A stretch of 64,000 nt of DNA from a virus (IMGVR_UViG_3300029288_004108:13651-77650), one strand, 5' to 3'. Shown: positions 19,041 to 29,149, numbered from the stretch's first letter. Program-made: numbers and translations. The notes: generated by a model not told the origin, from the letters alone.

Positions 19041-19451
19041 TTATGTTAACCAAGGTGTTAAAAATGCTTTTCGTAAAAATACAGTATTTGAACCAACTGC
19101 AGGTGTCTTTTCAAATCTTTTAATTATATGAGCTCCCACAATTTTATGAGGATCATAAAAGCTACCACTGCTATCACTGCTATCTTCCAAATCAGTCAAT
19201 GAACCAAGATACAGAAATCCTTCTTCATCCAAATCCTGATTGACAAAAACTATTGCCCTACAAATATCCTGATAACCAATAACCTGGTTCCCGGTAATGG
19301 TTCCAAGCACCTGAGCTTTTTCTTCCCACCTACATACAATTTCCACAGGATCATCAAATGTAATAGAACCATAACCATCTTCCTGAGGATTCCCCCAATA
19401 GACAGCAGTCTGTACTAATCTTGATGTTATGAAATCTGCTATACTCATCAC
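19041..19451 (-). CDS. Head closure (stopper) protein
   Basis: QTAVYWG...GSITFDDPVEIVCRWEEK; follows the adaptor gene; carries DSSDSSG. Confidence 0.7.
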   Translation of the reverse strand: MMSIADFITSRLVQTAVYWGNPQEDGYGSITFDDPVEIVCRWEEKAQVLGTITGNQVIGYQDICRAIVFVNQDLDEEGFLYLGSLTDLEDSSDSSGSFYDPHKIVGAHIIKRFEKTPAVGSNTVFLRKAFLTPWLT

Positions 19452-19828
19452 TCGAAACTTTTAACTGCATATATTGATGCTGCTTTCAAACCGGTCTTTG
19501 CAATTAACCCTGATGGATCAAGAGCAAGTAGGAGTTGTCCGTAGGGGGTAGATTCAAAACCTTTCCCCCACTGTCCGGCGTACTTTATCCTTGCATCTCC
19601 GATCTGCTCCTCCATAGCAACCCGGGAAGTCGTACTGGCTATGATGTGAGCAACATAACAGGCTTGAATCTTTGCAAGTAAAGTATCACTGATTGTCCCG
19701 GTATAATATTCATATACCTTTGTAAGTATCAAATCGACTGTTTCCAATAAAACATTGACATAACCTTCACCAAGACTTGAGTCCTGCATCAGATCAGCTA
19801 CATCATCTGTTGTTGCTAATACGGCCAT
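19448..19828 (-). CDS. Head-tail adaptor/connector protein
   Basis: ATTDDV..., EEQIGDARIKY, STPYGQLLLALD pattern; first neck gene. Confidence 0.7.
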   Translation of the reverse strand: MAVLATTDDVADLMQDSSLGEGYVNVLLETVDLILTKVYEYYTGTISDTLLAKIQACYVAHIIASTTSRVAMEEQIGDARIKYAGQWGKGFESTPYGQLLLALDPSGLIAKTGLKAASIYAVKSFE

Positions 19829-20528
19829 ATTTTACCTCCTTTTCTTTCTTACGTGTTGTTTCCAATAATGGATCAATATAATTGAATACTGATGGCTTCC
19901 ATCGCAGTCGGAGCCAATCGAGTGTTTCATACAACTGGGAATAATCTCCATAAACTAATCTCTCAGGATACACTACTTTACAATCCAGTCCTTCCGTGAT
20001 CATCTCCACAAACCGCTTTTCATATTCATGAACCAACCATAACCACCCTTCCTTCTCAGACGAAATCCCTACGGCTTTCCTTTTATCGGGATCCTTGAAG
20101 GCTTGCATATATCCTGTCTTTTGACAAGATTCCACTATATCTGCTGTTCTCCTGCGAACGATTACCCATTTAGCATGAGGGTAGGCTGAGTGCCATACAG
20201 CCCAAATGAGAGCTGCTCTACTGCTTTTATAAAACCATTCCCCTTTTTCATATCCTTCTCTTTCAAATATCTCATCTACAGAATCCTTCCAGGTAAGTGG
20301 AATTTTTATATGTTGTTTATCCGGTAGTGGGTATTGTCCCATTTCATCAGCCCAAATACTTGCAAGGTAAGGTTTTTCAAGTACCTCCTTTATAGCATCA
20401 TTTTCATTTACCCCTTTATACCCGGACATACTTCCACCAAATGCTCCACAACGATTTATCACTCCTGCAATCATGGAAGCTCCTGATCGTGGGACACCTG
20501 TAACTATTATTGGAGGACGTTCTATCAT
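19803..20528 (-). CDS. Sulfotransferase-like P-loop protein
   Basis: IIVTGVPRSGASMI (5'-PSB-like loop); VIVRRRTADIVES (3'-PB-like). Confidence 0.7.
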   Translation of the reverse strand: MIERPPIIVTGVPRSGASMIAGVINRCGAFGGSMSGYKGVNENDAIKEVLEKPYLASIWADEMGQYPLPDKQHIKIPLTWKDSVDEIFEREGYEKGEWFYKSSRAALIWAVWHSAYPHAKWVIVRRRTADIVESCQKTGYMQAFKDPDKRKAVGISSEKEGWLWLVHEYEKRFVEMITEGLDCKVVYPERLVYGDYSQLYETLDWLRLRWKPSVFNYIDPLLETTRKKEKEVKYGRISNNR

Positions 20529-21790
20529 GCTCTGTATTTATTTCGCACCATTACTCTTTCTGCCATTTTTTCACTATCCGGAACAACCCGGACTTTCTGC
20601 TGAGGATGTCGGCGATAGTGAGCAAGTATTGACGGACAATACCCCAGTTTCAATCCTGCTTTGAAACAACGTAGACTAAATTCATACTCCTCCATTGTGT
20701 TTAATGACTCGTCAAATGTACCTATTTTTTCAAATACTTCCTTACGATACATTAAAGTTGCTGAATGAATATAATTCTTTACAAGCATATCACGAAGTGT
20801 GGGATGCTCTATTTTAGGTTTATATAATATCCGATCAGACTTATATGAATAAAATTCCTCTGCCCACCCATGAATAAAATCAGCTCCGGTGCTTTCAAAA
20901 GTCCTGATGGAATCCTCAATACAGTTTGGAGAGAGCATATCATCTTCATGTAAATAACGAATGTAATCTCCTTCCGCCTGTGGGAGGACTTTATTAAAGT
21001 TTGCCGGCCAATTTCCACTACCCTGTCCAAGTAATAACTGAACACCTTTCGGCACACTGTCAATAGCATCCTGGAGCCATCCTCTGTCCACTTTGTAGGG
21101 AATAATTACAGTTACTAACCTGTTGAAGAACACTCTTTGTTGCACGTAGTGATTTACCCAATCTAAACCTATTGCCTGTAATATACGGGGTTTCCCGTGG
21201 AAACAGATAAGATTGGCTCCGTGGGGGATGCTATCTAACAGTTGCCTGCTCCTTGGTTTAAAATCATATATGGTGTTTGTAATGTTTTGCCAAAATAAAT
21301 CTGCTTGTATAACTGTCCGTAAATAAGTATCCATACGCTTCCCCGTAGGAGCTTTGAAGGATTGCCAAACCTTCTTTATCTTCTCCGATTCGGCAGGGAA
21401 CCAAACCAAACCAGTAGCCAACTGCCCTACCTGCCAAAAGTCTTGGAGTGTAATAAACTTTTTACGATCAGGAATGATATCAATAAGGCGTTCCAGAGAG
21501 TTGATTACAGCGGTATCTAAATCAATGTAAAGGAACGGTCGGTATTGTTCCATTGCAGGAGAGTAGAGTTCCATACGAGACCATGTACCGGGGAGAGTAG
21601 TCTGTAAAGGAATTACTTCAAATCCCTGCAGGTCATAATGAGTAGAGGCTTTATCCCACATGCAGATAATTCGTGGACGAACAGGAGATTGCCATTTTCC
21701 ATTAATGTGTCGGGCAATCAGCTGGACATCTCCCATCGAGAAATCTCCTCCTGAACGTAATACAAGCATTATGGTTTCTCTCTTTTTCAT
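20525..21790 (-). CDS. Bifunctional glycosyltransferase (GT8-like N-domain + GT2 C-domain)
   Basis: N-domain: WSRMELY, FLYIDLD, CFHGKP. C-domain: VTVIIPY, YLHEDD, EEYEFSLR. Confidence 0.82.
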   Translation of the reverse strand: MKKRETIMLVLRSGGDFSMGDVQLIARHINGKWQSPVRPRIICMWDKASTHYDLQGFEVIPLQTTLPGTWSRMELYSPAMEQYRPFLYIDLDTAVINSLERLIDIIPDRKKFITLQDFWQVGQLATGLVWFPAESEKIKKVWQSFKAPTGKRMDTYLRTVIQADLFWQNITNTIYDFKPRSRQLLDSIPHGANLICFHGKPRILQAIGLDWVNHYVQQRVFFNRLVTVIIPYKVDRGWLQDAIDSVPKGVQLLLGQGSGNWPANFNKVLPQAEGDYIRYLHEDDMLSPNCIEDSIRTFESTGADFIHGWAEEFYSYKSDRILYKPKIEHPTLRDMLVKNYIHSATLMYRKEVFEKIGTFDESLNTMEEYEFSLRCFKAGLKLGYCPSILAHYRRHPQQKVRVVPDSEKMAERVMVRNKYRA

Positions 21791-22614
21791 ATCTTCCCCA
21801 GTAAATCCGTTACAGCATGCTCAAGTTGTTCTTTTGGATTAAGCCATGTTTTGGAAAGCAGATAATTCTTTTCCATTGCTATCTTTGCTTTCCGGTAATC
21901 GTCCGGAGTCAACTGATTACATACTTCCACAATCTCCTCTATATTATTAACCCTGATCATACCAGCAGGATCAAAATACTGCTCAATATTTGAACAACCA
22001 TAATATATTGGAAGAGTATGTGATTGGAAACAATCCAAAAGCTTTTCTGAAAAGTAATTCCGGATTGACGTATTTTCAATAGCTATATGGAACATTGAAT
22101 CAAACAATGGTTCCTTTGATGCTCCCAGTATCAATTCCCCTTCATAATTTACTTCTGTCCACGGGACAAAGGTATGCCAAAACTTAGCATTTCCACTCAG
22201 ATAAAATCTCTTTGGAACTGTTATCCTATCACGATTCTTCCAAACCTGATGACGCAATTCATACCCTTCCATCTTAGAATCACTCTTCCCACCAACAACA
22301 GTAGATACTGAGAAATGCTTCCGTGGAGATTTGTAATTGATTACCCACGGTTTTGTCATATGAAATTTTATAGCCTTTAAATTAGACTTGAGTAGCTCGT
22401 TATGAAAAGTAAACAGATAAGAATAATATTCCGGATGCTTCTTTACCAATCTGTATAATAGACCTTTTCTTGGTTCTTCCAATACCTGAATACGGATATT
22501 TCCACGCTGTACTCTCGAACGGTTCAATTCATCTATGTAAACATCCACATCCTTGTCTGAGTAAACCTCAAACGGGACGGGATTATTACCATAGTGAAAT
22601 CTTACCTTTTTCAT
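21787..22614 (-). CDS. GT10-like (alpha-1,3-fucosyltransferase family) glycosyltransferase
   Basis: FHIAIENTSIRNYFSEKLLDCFQSHTLPIYYG GT10 motif. Confidence 0.78.
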   Translation of the reverse strand: MKKVRFHYGNNPVPFEVYSDKDVDVYIDELNRSRVQRGNIRIQVLEEPRKGLLYRLVKKHPEYYSYLFTFHNELLKSNLKAIKFHMTKPWVINYKSPRKHFSVSTVVGGKSDSKMEGYELRHQVWKNRDRITVPKRFYLSGNAKFWHTFVPWTEVNYEGELILGASKEPLFDSMFHIAIENTSIRNYFSEKLLDCFQSHTLPIYYGCSNIEQYFDPAGMIRVNNIEEIVEVCNQLTPDDYRKAKIAMEKNYLLSKTWLNPKEQLEHAVTDLLGKI

Positions 22615-23105
22615 ACCTTTGCTACTAATACATCTTTTTCAACATAACCATCTTCCAAATAAAACTGATATGCCTGATTGATCTTTGTTATTTTGTGTCG
22701 GAGAATATCGGTATTGAATCCACATTTTTCCTTTTTCCAGTCCCTGAGATCATCAATCAGGAGAGTGTGAGTCTTAACAGGATGGTTCCGAATAATTTCC
22801 AATTCCTGAAGTAAAGGAGATTTTCCATTTCCTTTGTGAGCATCAAGCCAGAAAGTAACAGGTTCTTCTATATATCTTAATAACACTCCCAGCACTTTTA
22901 CTGTATCTCCAAGAAGTAGATGGACATCCGGGTGATCCTTAAATCTTTCCTGGCAGTGATTATATCTCTCAGGGTCTATCTCAATAGAGTAAACAATCTC
23001 AAACCCTTCATCCAGTGCCTGTTGAATCCCATCGCCATAATTGGAACCGGTCTCAACAAAAACCCTATTTAAGTATTTTCCAAATAATCCCTTAGTCGCT
23101 GACAT
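22611..23105 (-). CDS. Class I SAM-dependent methyltransferase-like protein
   Basis: FVETGSNYGDG motif I, VYSIEID, FWLDAH, LIDD. Confidence 0.65.
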   Translation of the reverse strand: MSATKGLFGKYLNRVFVETGSNYGDGIQQALDEGFEIVYSIEIDPERYNHCQERFKDHPDVHLLLGDTVKVLGVLLRYIEEPVTFWLDAHKGNGKSPLLQELEIIRNHPVKTHTLLIDDLRDWKKEKCGFNTDILRHKITKINQAYQFYLEDGYVEKDVLVAKV

Positions 23106-23910
23106 AACTCCTTATTTTATCTTTCCAATAATTAAAAGTTAATTTCTCCTTATCCCATTTTCCTTTCTTATACAATTCCCATATATTATCAAGAATTTCT
23201 TTTGTAACCTCTTCCCATTCACTTACGTATACTATAGGTAAATCATTATAAAACCATGTATTAATACCTTTCTTTACAATCGGTATAGCTCCCATGTAGA
23301 GTGTTTCCCAAAGGCGGTGAGTATCTATACCATTTCCATCAGGACAGAATACATATTTATGATTGTAAATATTATTCAAATATTCATCAAATCCTACTCC
23401 ATTAACTCCATGGAAAGATGTAACCCAAGGTTCTTTTTCAAACAAATCATACAACGGCTGTCGTTCCTTTGGATTGGTTTTTACATTGGAATTAAGATAT
23501 ACAAGATTCTTGTATTTCCTTGGTATTTTCAACCAAGCTTCCATCTTCTCTTTCTTCCGGATATTCTTAAACCACTTATCATTTTCCAACCCTATTGGGA
23601 TCGACTCTACCTTAGGATTAGTAGTATTTACATTTTGAGTAAACCAATGAATAACATTATCCGGAACCTGGAAAGAATCATCTATATTTACATCACAATT
23701 ATGAGTAACAATAACAAACTCACACTTTAATCCTTTGATTTCCTCAAACAGCTGACGGACATACATTGTATGAGTATAAACAATATTCCTTTCCTTTAAA
23801 GCACAAGGACAATAAGTATTTTCCAAAGGGTTGCAATCTTTAACTCCCTTTGGATAGTAAACAAGATCAGCTACCCCTACAAATTTTTCTCCTGTAATCC
23901 AATCCATCAT
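23092..23910 (-). CDS. Exostosin-like GT47 glycosyltransferase
   Basis: KYVFCPDGNGIDTHRLWETLYMGAIPIV motif. Confidence 0.75.
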   Translation of the reverse strand: MMDWITGEKFVGVADLVYYPKGVKDCNPLENTYCPCALKERNIVYTHTMYVRQLFEEIKGLKCEFVIVTHNCDVNIDDSFQVPDNVIHWFTQNVNTTNPKVESIPIGLENDKWFKNIRKKEKMEAWLKIPRKYKNLVYLNSNVKTNPKERQPLYDLFEKEPWVTSFHGVNGVGFDEYLNNIYNHKYVFCPDGNGIDTHRLWETLYMGAIPIVKKGINTWFYNDLPIVYVSEWEEVTKEILDNIWELYKKGKWDKEKLTFNYWKDKIRSYVSD

Positions 23911-24569
23911 GTTACCCGTTTACGATTTTTAAACAAACAATTTGTTAATCCTTCTTTACGGTTTCCCAATAAACCACTCCCAATGAGTAAATCAAATCCA
24001 TGTTTATCAAGATACTGTTTTACCTCTGCAAATAAATGGTCACCAGTATAATAATGTTCAAACACTACTTCCGTGATTATATATTGTACAGTAGATAGGT
24101 AATCTCCCAAACCTTCGAACACTTCTATTTCCACTCCTTGTACATCCATGCAAAGGAGATTGATCCTGTCCAGTCTGACCTGTCGCATAAATGTATCCAG
24201 TCGGGTAGCTTCAACAAGAGTCTTTCTTTGGAAAAATTCATTTTGATTGTCCCTATGCCAAAGTAAAGAAGAAGCTCCAATATTTTTATCTACACTCCTT
24301 TCCATATCAGTTGGAAAGAAATCCACCATTCCATCCAGATTGTAAACAGCTTTTTCAACAAGGGTAATAAATGGATTATGTTGCAGATTTTGTTTGCAGA
24401 GAGCGATGGATTCCGGATTACATTCAAACGTGTATAATTTTTCAGGATGATAATATTTCCAAAGCTCAACCGTATCCAACCCATCCCTGCTACCACATTC
24501 AATAATCGTTCTTACCCTCTCAGGATTTATCCGGTTTAAGAATTTTCTATTTAAGTATGAACTATTCAT
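23907..24569 (-). CDS. FkbM-family methyltransferase
   Basis: IIECGSRDGLD, YTFECNP, LLCMDVQGVEIEVFEG. Confidence 0.85.
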   Translation of the reverse strand: MNSSYLNRKFLNRINPERVRTIIECGSRDGLDTVELWKYYHPEKLYTFECNPESIALCKQNLQHNPFITLVEKAVYNLDGMVDFFPTDMERSVDKNIGASSLLWHRDNQNEFFQRKTLVEATRLDTFMRQVRLDRINLLCMDVQGVEIEVFEGLGDYLSTVQYIITEVVFEHYYTGDHLFAEVKQYLDKHGFDLLIGSGLLGNRKEGLTNCLFKNRKRVT

Positions 24570-25455
24570 TACTCATGTATAAGTGAAGATTCTTTGAATG
24601 AATATGTAAATTATTAATCTTTACATCTTTGCAATCATACCTGAAGTAAGGGACTTTCCTTCCGTCTCCATTTTTCCAAATAACAGTATAATCCAGATGT
24701 GCCCTAAGTAATTGTCCGATGTAATGATCTTCTGGTTTTACTCCCGGAATACCATCAGGAGTTCCCCCAACATACTGCCCCCACGAAGCCGGATCAAATA
24801 TTGATTGAAATTTATCAAAACCAACAGAGCACTCCGCAAATGGTAATGTAGGTAATGGAACCATCAAACCCGGGTATTCTTTGGTATATACCCTCATCAG
24901 GGTCATTTCATTTACCATATCCATTCCATAACGACGACGGATTTCCCGGACTTTATATTGATGTAATAGTCCAAGAATGAAAGTAGTCATGTGAGAAAGT
25001 GCTTTCGGATTTTTAATAAACATCATTCCTGTCATCACTTTGTCCGGACCACCGTAGGTAATAGCAAGATTTTGATAAGAATGAATAAATATAGGGTGAT
25101 AAGATTCAATATCAAAGTAAATCAGTACATCATTTTCAAAATGATAAACATCATGTAAATTCCTGGTAGTTATAAAATTTGCTATATACATTAATCTGGT
25201 AGTGGTGATTGTCCAAAAATCATTTTCCCCTCTACCATAAAGAACTTCAAAAGTATGAATATCATCCGATGTACATTCCCGTTTATCTACAACATTTATA
25301 TTATAGAGGGAGAACACCGGGTCACTCATCCAAATATGATCAGTAATGAAATAAACAGTAACGTTTGGATTAAACAAACGGAATTGCTTGAAAGTATATT
25401 TCAAATAATCCGGTAAACTTCCTCCACTATGGAACATCACGACTGTCATAACCAC
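24562..25455 (-). CDS. Putative GT-A fold glycosyltransferase
   Basis: VYHFENDVLIY (DxD-like), FDPASWGQYVGG, NLHIHSK; sits among glycosyltransferases. Confidence 0.5.
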   Translation of the reverse strand: MVMTVVMFHSGGSLPDYLKYTFKQFRLFNPNVTVYFITDHIWMSDPVFSLYNINVVDKRECTSDDIHTFEVLYGRGENDFWTITTTRLMYIANFITTRNLHDVYHFENDVLIYFDIESYHPIFIHSYQNLAITYGGPDKVMTGMMFIKNPKALSHMTTFILGLLHQYKVREIRRRYGMDMVNEMTLMRVYTKEYPGLMVPLPTLPFAECSVGFDKFQSIFDPASWGQYVGGTPDGIPGVKPEDHYIGQLLRAHLDYTVIWKNGDGRKVPYFRYDCKDVKINNLHIHSKNLHLYMSNE

Positions 25456-26183
25456 GAGTGCATTGTTAAAAGATCATTATTTGTATGACGGAAAGTTGAT
25501 ACATAATTTCTTATCTCATCATCAGTCCACCTACGTTTTTTCCAGCGATGACAAACACTTACATTTTTGTAGGTATAAGCATTAGGCCAATATTTTGATA
25601 CAAAATTACCATAAAGTTCATATTCAGAAAATCCACTTCCTTCATTCATCTGATTGATCACTTCCACACAATTATTAAAGAACTCTTCCGGAGTCATCTT
25701 CTTTTCATTGAGCAAATATTGAATCATACCCCTCTTGAAAAACATTAACTCCGATATAAATGAATGAGGATAAATCCGGTCGAGATCCAATACAGTTTTC
25801 ATCAAATGGAAATATGGAAGATGATGTTGGTCTCTCCCGAGAAAGAAACAAGGAGAAGCCGGTTCTATTTCAATCGGCTTATTTATTATTGTATCAGCAT
25901 CAACTACAAGATAATTATTTGTAGTAACCTGCTGAAAGAGTTTTATGAATTGTTGTCGATACCATCCCTGACGGGAAGTCATCTTAATCTTTGAAAAATC
26001 AAAATCAATTACTTCTTCATCCCGGTGTGTATCAGCTTCCACCCAAATATATTCCTCCGGAATTGCTACCGGAGCTATCAAATGATATTTATGAATACCC
26101 TTGATATGAAAATTAATGGATTCCAACACAAACGGAAGTTTGTTAAAATCCTTTTGGGAAACGGTTATTAATACATCAAACAT
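25446..26183 (-). CDS. DUF6492-like putative glycosyltransferase
   Basis: WYRQQFIKL, YLVVDADT, FSEYELYGNF. Confidence 0.65.
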   Translation of the reverse strand: MFDVLITVSQKDFNKLPFVLESINFHIKGIHKYHLIAPVAIPEEYIWVEADTHRDEEVIDFDFSKIKMTSRQGWYRQQFIKLFQQVTTNNYLVVDADTIINKPIEIEPASPCFFLGRDQHHLPYFHLMKTVLDLDRIYPHSFISELMFFKRGMIQYLLNEKKMTPEEFFNNCVEVINQMNEGSGFSEYELYGNFVSKYWPNAYTYKNVSVCHRWKKRRWTDDEIRNYVSTFRHTNNDLLTMHSWL

Positions 26184-26955
26184 CAGCTGATAATTTTATC
26201 CAGTCAGCAGGAAAGTTATTTCTTTTAGCCCTATCCAGTCGGGTTATCCAGAAATCAGGAGTAACCACAACTTTATCAGGATTGGTATTAAGTAGAGCAG
26301 CCCACCAGGAAAATGTTGAATTTGCTATGATCTGATGTTTACATAACCGCAGCAATTCAAAATCCAGGTAGTATTGTAAATGCACAAATGTTATCTTCCT
26401 ATCAAAATAATCCTCTATGAAATGTCTTTTACACCAAGCAATATCATCAGAGAAGATATACAATGGTCCATCAACCATGCTTATTGCCCGGGCATAATAA
26501 CTGAAAGGTAATGTTGGAATGGTATCACTTGTCAGGTAATCATCCCTACGGATATGAACCCCAATAGAATTTTCCAAACGTATCTGCTCAAGCAAAGCAT
26601 AATACTCTTCCGTATGAACCTGTTCCTTTAACCAAACTTCCCTTTGAAGCATTGGAAGTATATCTTTAAAGTATTCCATATACTGCCAATATCCAAAGAA
26701 GTTCTTTCCATCCATTTTTTGGTAGGAAAGATCAAATGTAGGACGATGTTTTGAGTCAGTAATAGTCTGGGCTCCCACAAAAGGAGAAAAGGCTAATTCC
26801 AAAAGGAAATTGCCTAACATATATTCCCTATGTTTACTTTTCCCGAAGTTAGATATATCATACCGGACAACGATTCCATTCTCTTGCATCTGTCGACCAA
26901 AAGCATATTGGAAAAGTTGATTTCCCAGTCCACCCATTAATCTAACTACGTTCAT
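26176..26955 (-). CDS. GT11 alpha-1,2-fucosyltransferase family protein
   Basis: RLMGGLGNQLFQYA, GYWQ, GVHIRRDDY, FSDD, IIANSTFSWWAA. Confidence 0.9.
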   Translation of the reverse strand: MNVVRLMGGLGNQLFQYAFGRQMQENGIVVRYDISNFGKSKHREYMLGNFLLELAFSPFVGAQTITDSKHRPTFDLSYQKMDGKNFFGYWQYMEYFKDILPMLQREVWLKEQVHTEEYYALLEQIRLENSIGVHIRRDDYLTSDTIPTLPFSYYARAISMVDGPLYIFSDDIAWCKRHFIEDYFDRKITFVHLQYYLDFELLRLCKHQIIANSTFSWWAALLNTNPDKVVVTPDFWITRLDRAKRNNFPADWIKLSADV

Positions 26956-27655
26956 CGAGAATTTCTTTTACAGTCAACTTACGGAACTGTGTAATAGCAG
27001 ATGTAGGTGATGCATTTAAGATTTCAATTCCCATTGCCTGAGCATCACGAGCAATGTCTTCAAATCCTCTCAGGTGACGTTCAAACGGAAGCTTTCTCCG
27101 TTTCCTTTCATCACCGACATTTATAACACCTCTCCCATATAGATTATGCCAGTGCTGACGATTATCACCATTTAGTGACATATCAAACCCGAGTAGGATA
27201 ATTCGCTTTGCCCCGGCATGAGCTGCAACACTCACTGCGGCAGCTCCGGAGTTCCCATTCCATGAAACAAGATTAGGAGCAGAACTTATACCTCTTGGTT
27301 TCCTTCCGTCCCTCCCCAAAAACTTAATCCATGTTTCCTTTGAGGCTCCATTATGACATGTAATTTTCATTCCCGGGAACACTGCTAACCGAGTCCGGTG
27401 AGTCTGATAAAAACCACTATCTCCAAAGAACACCATGTCAATCCAGTCACCAATCAAATACGCTACATTTATACCTATTACATGTTTATCATGTAAAGGT
27501 TTCATGTAATCGGAATAGACGCTTGGAGGGGATGTACCTGCAAGTACATTATCAACAACCTCTTTTGGAATATCGAATTGGGTAAAGACCGATGGTCCAC
27601 CCCCTAATATCCAAACGTCTCCACCTTCCCATATTCGTGGGACTCGCCAGTTCAT
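26942..27655 (-). CDS. DUF115/Maf(MptE)-like protein
   Basis: ILGGGPS, IGINVAY, NSGAAAVSVAAHAGAKRIILLGFDM, ILNAS motifs. Confidence 0.7.
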   Translation of the reverse strand: MNWRVPRIWEGGDVWILGGGPSVFTQFDIPKEVVDNVLAGTSPPSVYSDYMKPLHDKHVIGINVAYLIGDWIDMVFFGDSGFYQTHRTRLAVFPGMKITCHNGASKETWIKFLGRDGRKPRGISSAPNLVSWNGNSGAAAVSVAAHAGAKRIILLGFDMSLNGDNRQHWHNLYGRGVINVGDERKRRKLPFERHLRGFEDIARDAQAMGIEILNASPTSAITQFRKLTVKEILDERS

Positions 27656-27996
27656 CCGGCTAAGTCTTTAGCAAACTGTTCAGCTGCTTCTTTCTTTAAG
27701 GCCTTTTCATTGATAACCTTCCCTTTGCTATCAACAACATCAAACCATACTTTGCTTTCTCCTCTTGGTTTGACTTCATAAGCTGACTTGGTTATCTCAA
27801 TAGGCGGAGGAGGTGGAGGAGTAGGAAGCTCTTCCAATGGAACGCAGAGATCACGGAAACCTTTTGGAATTTCTTCCACATAGGCAGTAAATACCTGCCC
27901 GGGTTTGATGAGGTGTCCTTTGAAAACAAATCCACCACCACCAGTTTTCTTCCAACGAATTGGTCTATTCTCGTCTGTCATTCTTTTTCTTTCCAT
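27652..27996 (-). CDS. Capsid-adjacent hypothetical protein with poly-Pro linker
   Basis: Directly after the capsid gene; TPPPPPP; C-terminal INEKALKKEAA. Confidence 0.55.
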   Translation of the reverse strand: MERKRMTDENRPIRWKKTGGGGFVFKGHLIKPGQVFTAYVEEIPKGFRDLCVPLEELPTPPPPPPIEITKSAYEVKPRGESKVWFDVVDSKGKVINEKALKKEAAEQFAKDLAG

Positions 27997-28009
27997 AATT
28001 TCAAAAATT

Positions 28010-28031
28010 AAAAAAATTACTTGATTAGTAA
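28010..28031 (-). terminator. Weak hairpin plus U-tract after the major capsid gene
   Basis: TTACT-AATCA-AGTAA followed by a T run on the minus strand. Confidence 0.35.
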
Positions 28032-28039
28032 CTCATTTA

Positions 28040-29149
28040 TTATGCAAGATGAACAATCCCGGTCTTACCGTTCTGGTCGGAACGGATCTGAGGAACCTGG
28101 ATGGTCATCACTTTGAATTTGCTTATCATACCACCTTCGGTATTCCATTCAACGTTCTGCATAGCCATTCCCTGAACGAGGCGGACTACATCAGAAGTCA
28201 TCTGAACCATAAGGACGTTGTCATCCGGCAGGGTATCGACAACTTTGATACCTTTGATACCGTCGATCTTCATGATCCTTTCCCTGATGGTTGTTCCAGG
28301 GGTCTGAGTATCATAATCGTCATCAAGAACGGTTTCATAATCGGTCGGAATATACAACTGCCACGGACCATAGTGGTAAGCCGCAATTGAAGCTTTCTTC
28401 ATCTCCAGAACATCCTGAAGAATACCGGCAGCGGTCATTGCTGAAGCATCCCAAGGAATACTTAGGTTGACCAGGTTACGGTCAGGATGATTGATGTAAC
28501 TGTAAATCGAATTACGGCTACGGGAGTCGGTTGCTCCATAACTGTAGGTGATGTCTGTGAAGAGCATAGCTTCCAGTTTCTCAAGGATCCTACGGGCAGC
28601 TCTTTCTGCAGATGTGGTATCGAGTGGGTTCCCAAGATTCCTGCTTGCAGCAAGTACCCTTGCATTGATTTCATAATCAACATGGATTATGGGAATCGGC
28701 AGGTAGTTGTGCTGGAATACAGGACGGTCGTTATTTCCACGAGTTACACCATCCATGGTAACAACAGCCTCCATAGCATCACTTACGTCATGCCATTCAA
28801 GGACAGTTGTCCCAAGACCATTACCAAGATTATAGATCAGACCAGCTGCTCTTAAATCTTCAAAGCCACCAAGGCGCTGACGGGATACTTCCATAATGGC
28901 TGTATCCAGCTGTTTCCACTCATCGTGACGAAGAGTAGCAGTGGTGTTTGTCTGAATTGTAGCCCAGTTTTCCGGTTTCTTAGGATCTCCACCACGGTAA
29001 ACCGTCATGTAATTTCCCCAATTTCCGTTTTTATCCTGAGCCATGTACGGGCGCATACGACCAAGGTTCAGAGAACCATTGGCTGAGAGAGTATTAGCAA
29101 GAATACCTATGCCACCGTTCGGAGCGATTAAATCAACATTTACTTCCAT
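28040..29149 (-). CDS. Major capsid protein (HK97 fold, encapsulin/Linocin-M18-like type)
   Basis: TLRHDEWKQLD..., LPIPIIHVDYEINARVLAASR, YGPWQLYIP; follows the decoration gene. ATG at 29149 is preferred to TTG 29176. Confidence 0.88.
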   Translation of the reverse strand: MEVNVDLIAPNGGIGILANTLSANGSLNLGRMRPYMAQDKNGNWGNYMTVYRGGDPKKPENWATIQTNTTATLRHDEWKQLDTAIMEVSRQRLGGFEDLRAAGLIYNLGNGLGTTVLEWHDVSDAMEAVVTMDGVTRGNNDRPVFQHNYLPIPIIHVDYEINARVLAASRNLGNPLDTTSAERAARRILEKLEAMLFTDITYSYGATDSRSRNSIYSYINHPDRNLVNLSIPWDASAMTAAGILQDVLEMKKASIAAYHYGPWQLYIPTDYETVLDDDYDTQTPGTTIRERIMKIDGIKGIKVVDTLPDDNVLMVQMTSDVVRLVQGMAMQNVEWNTEGGMISKFKVMTIQVPQIRSDQNGKTGIVHLA

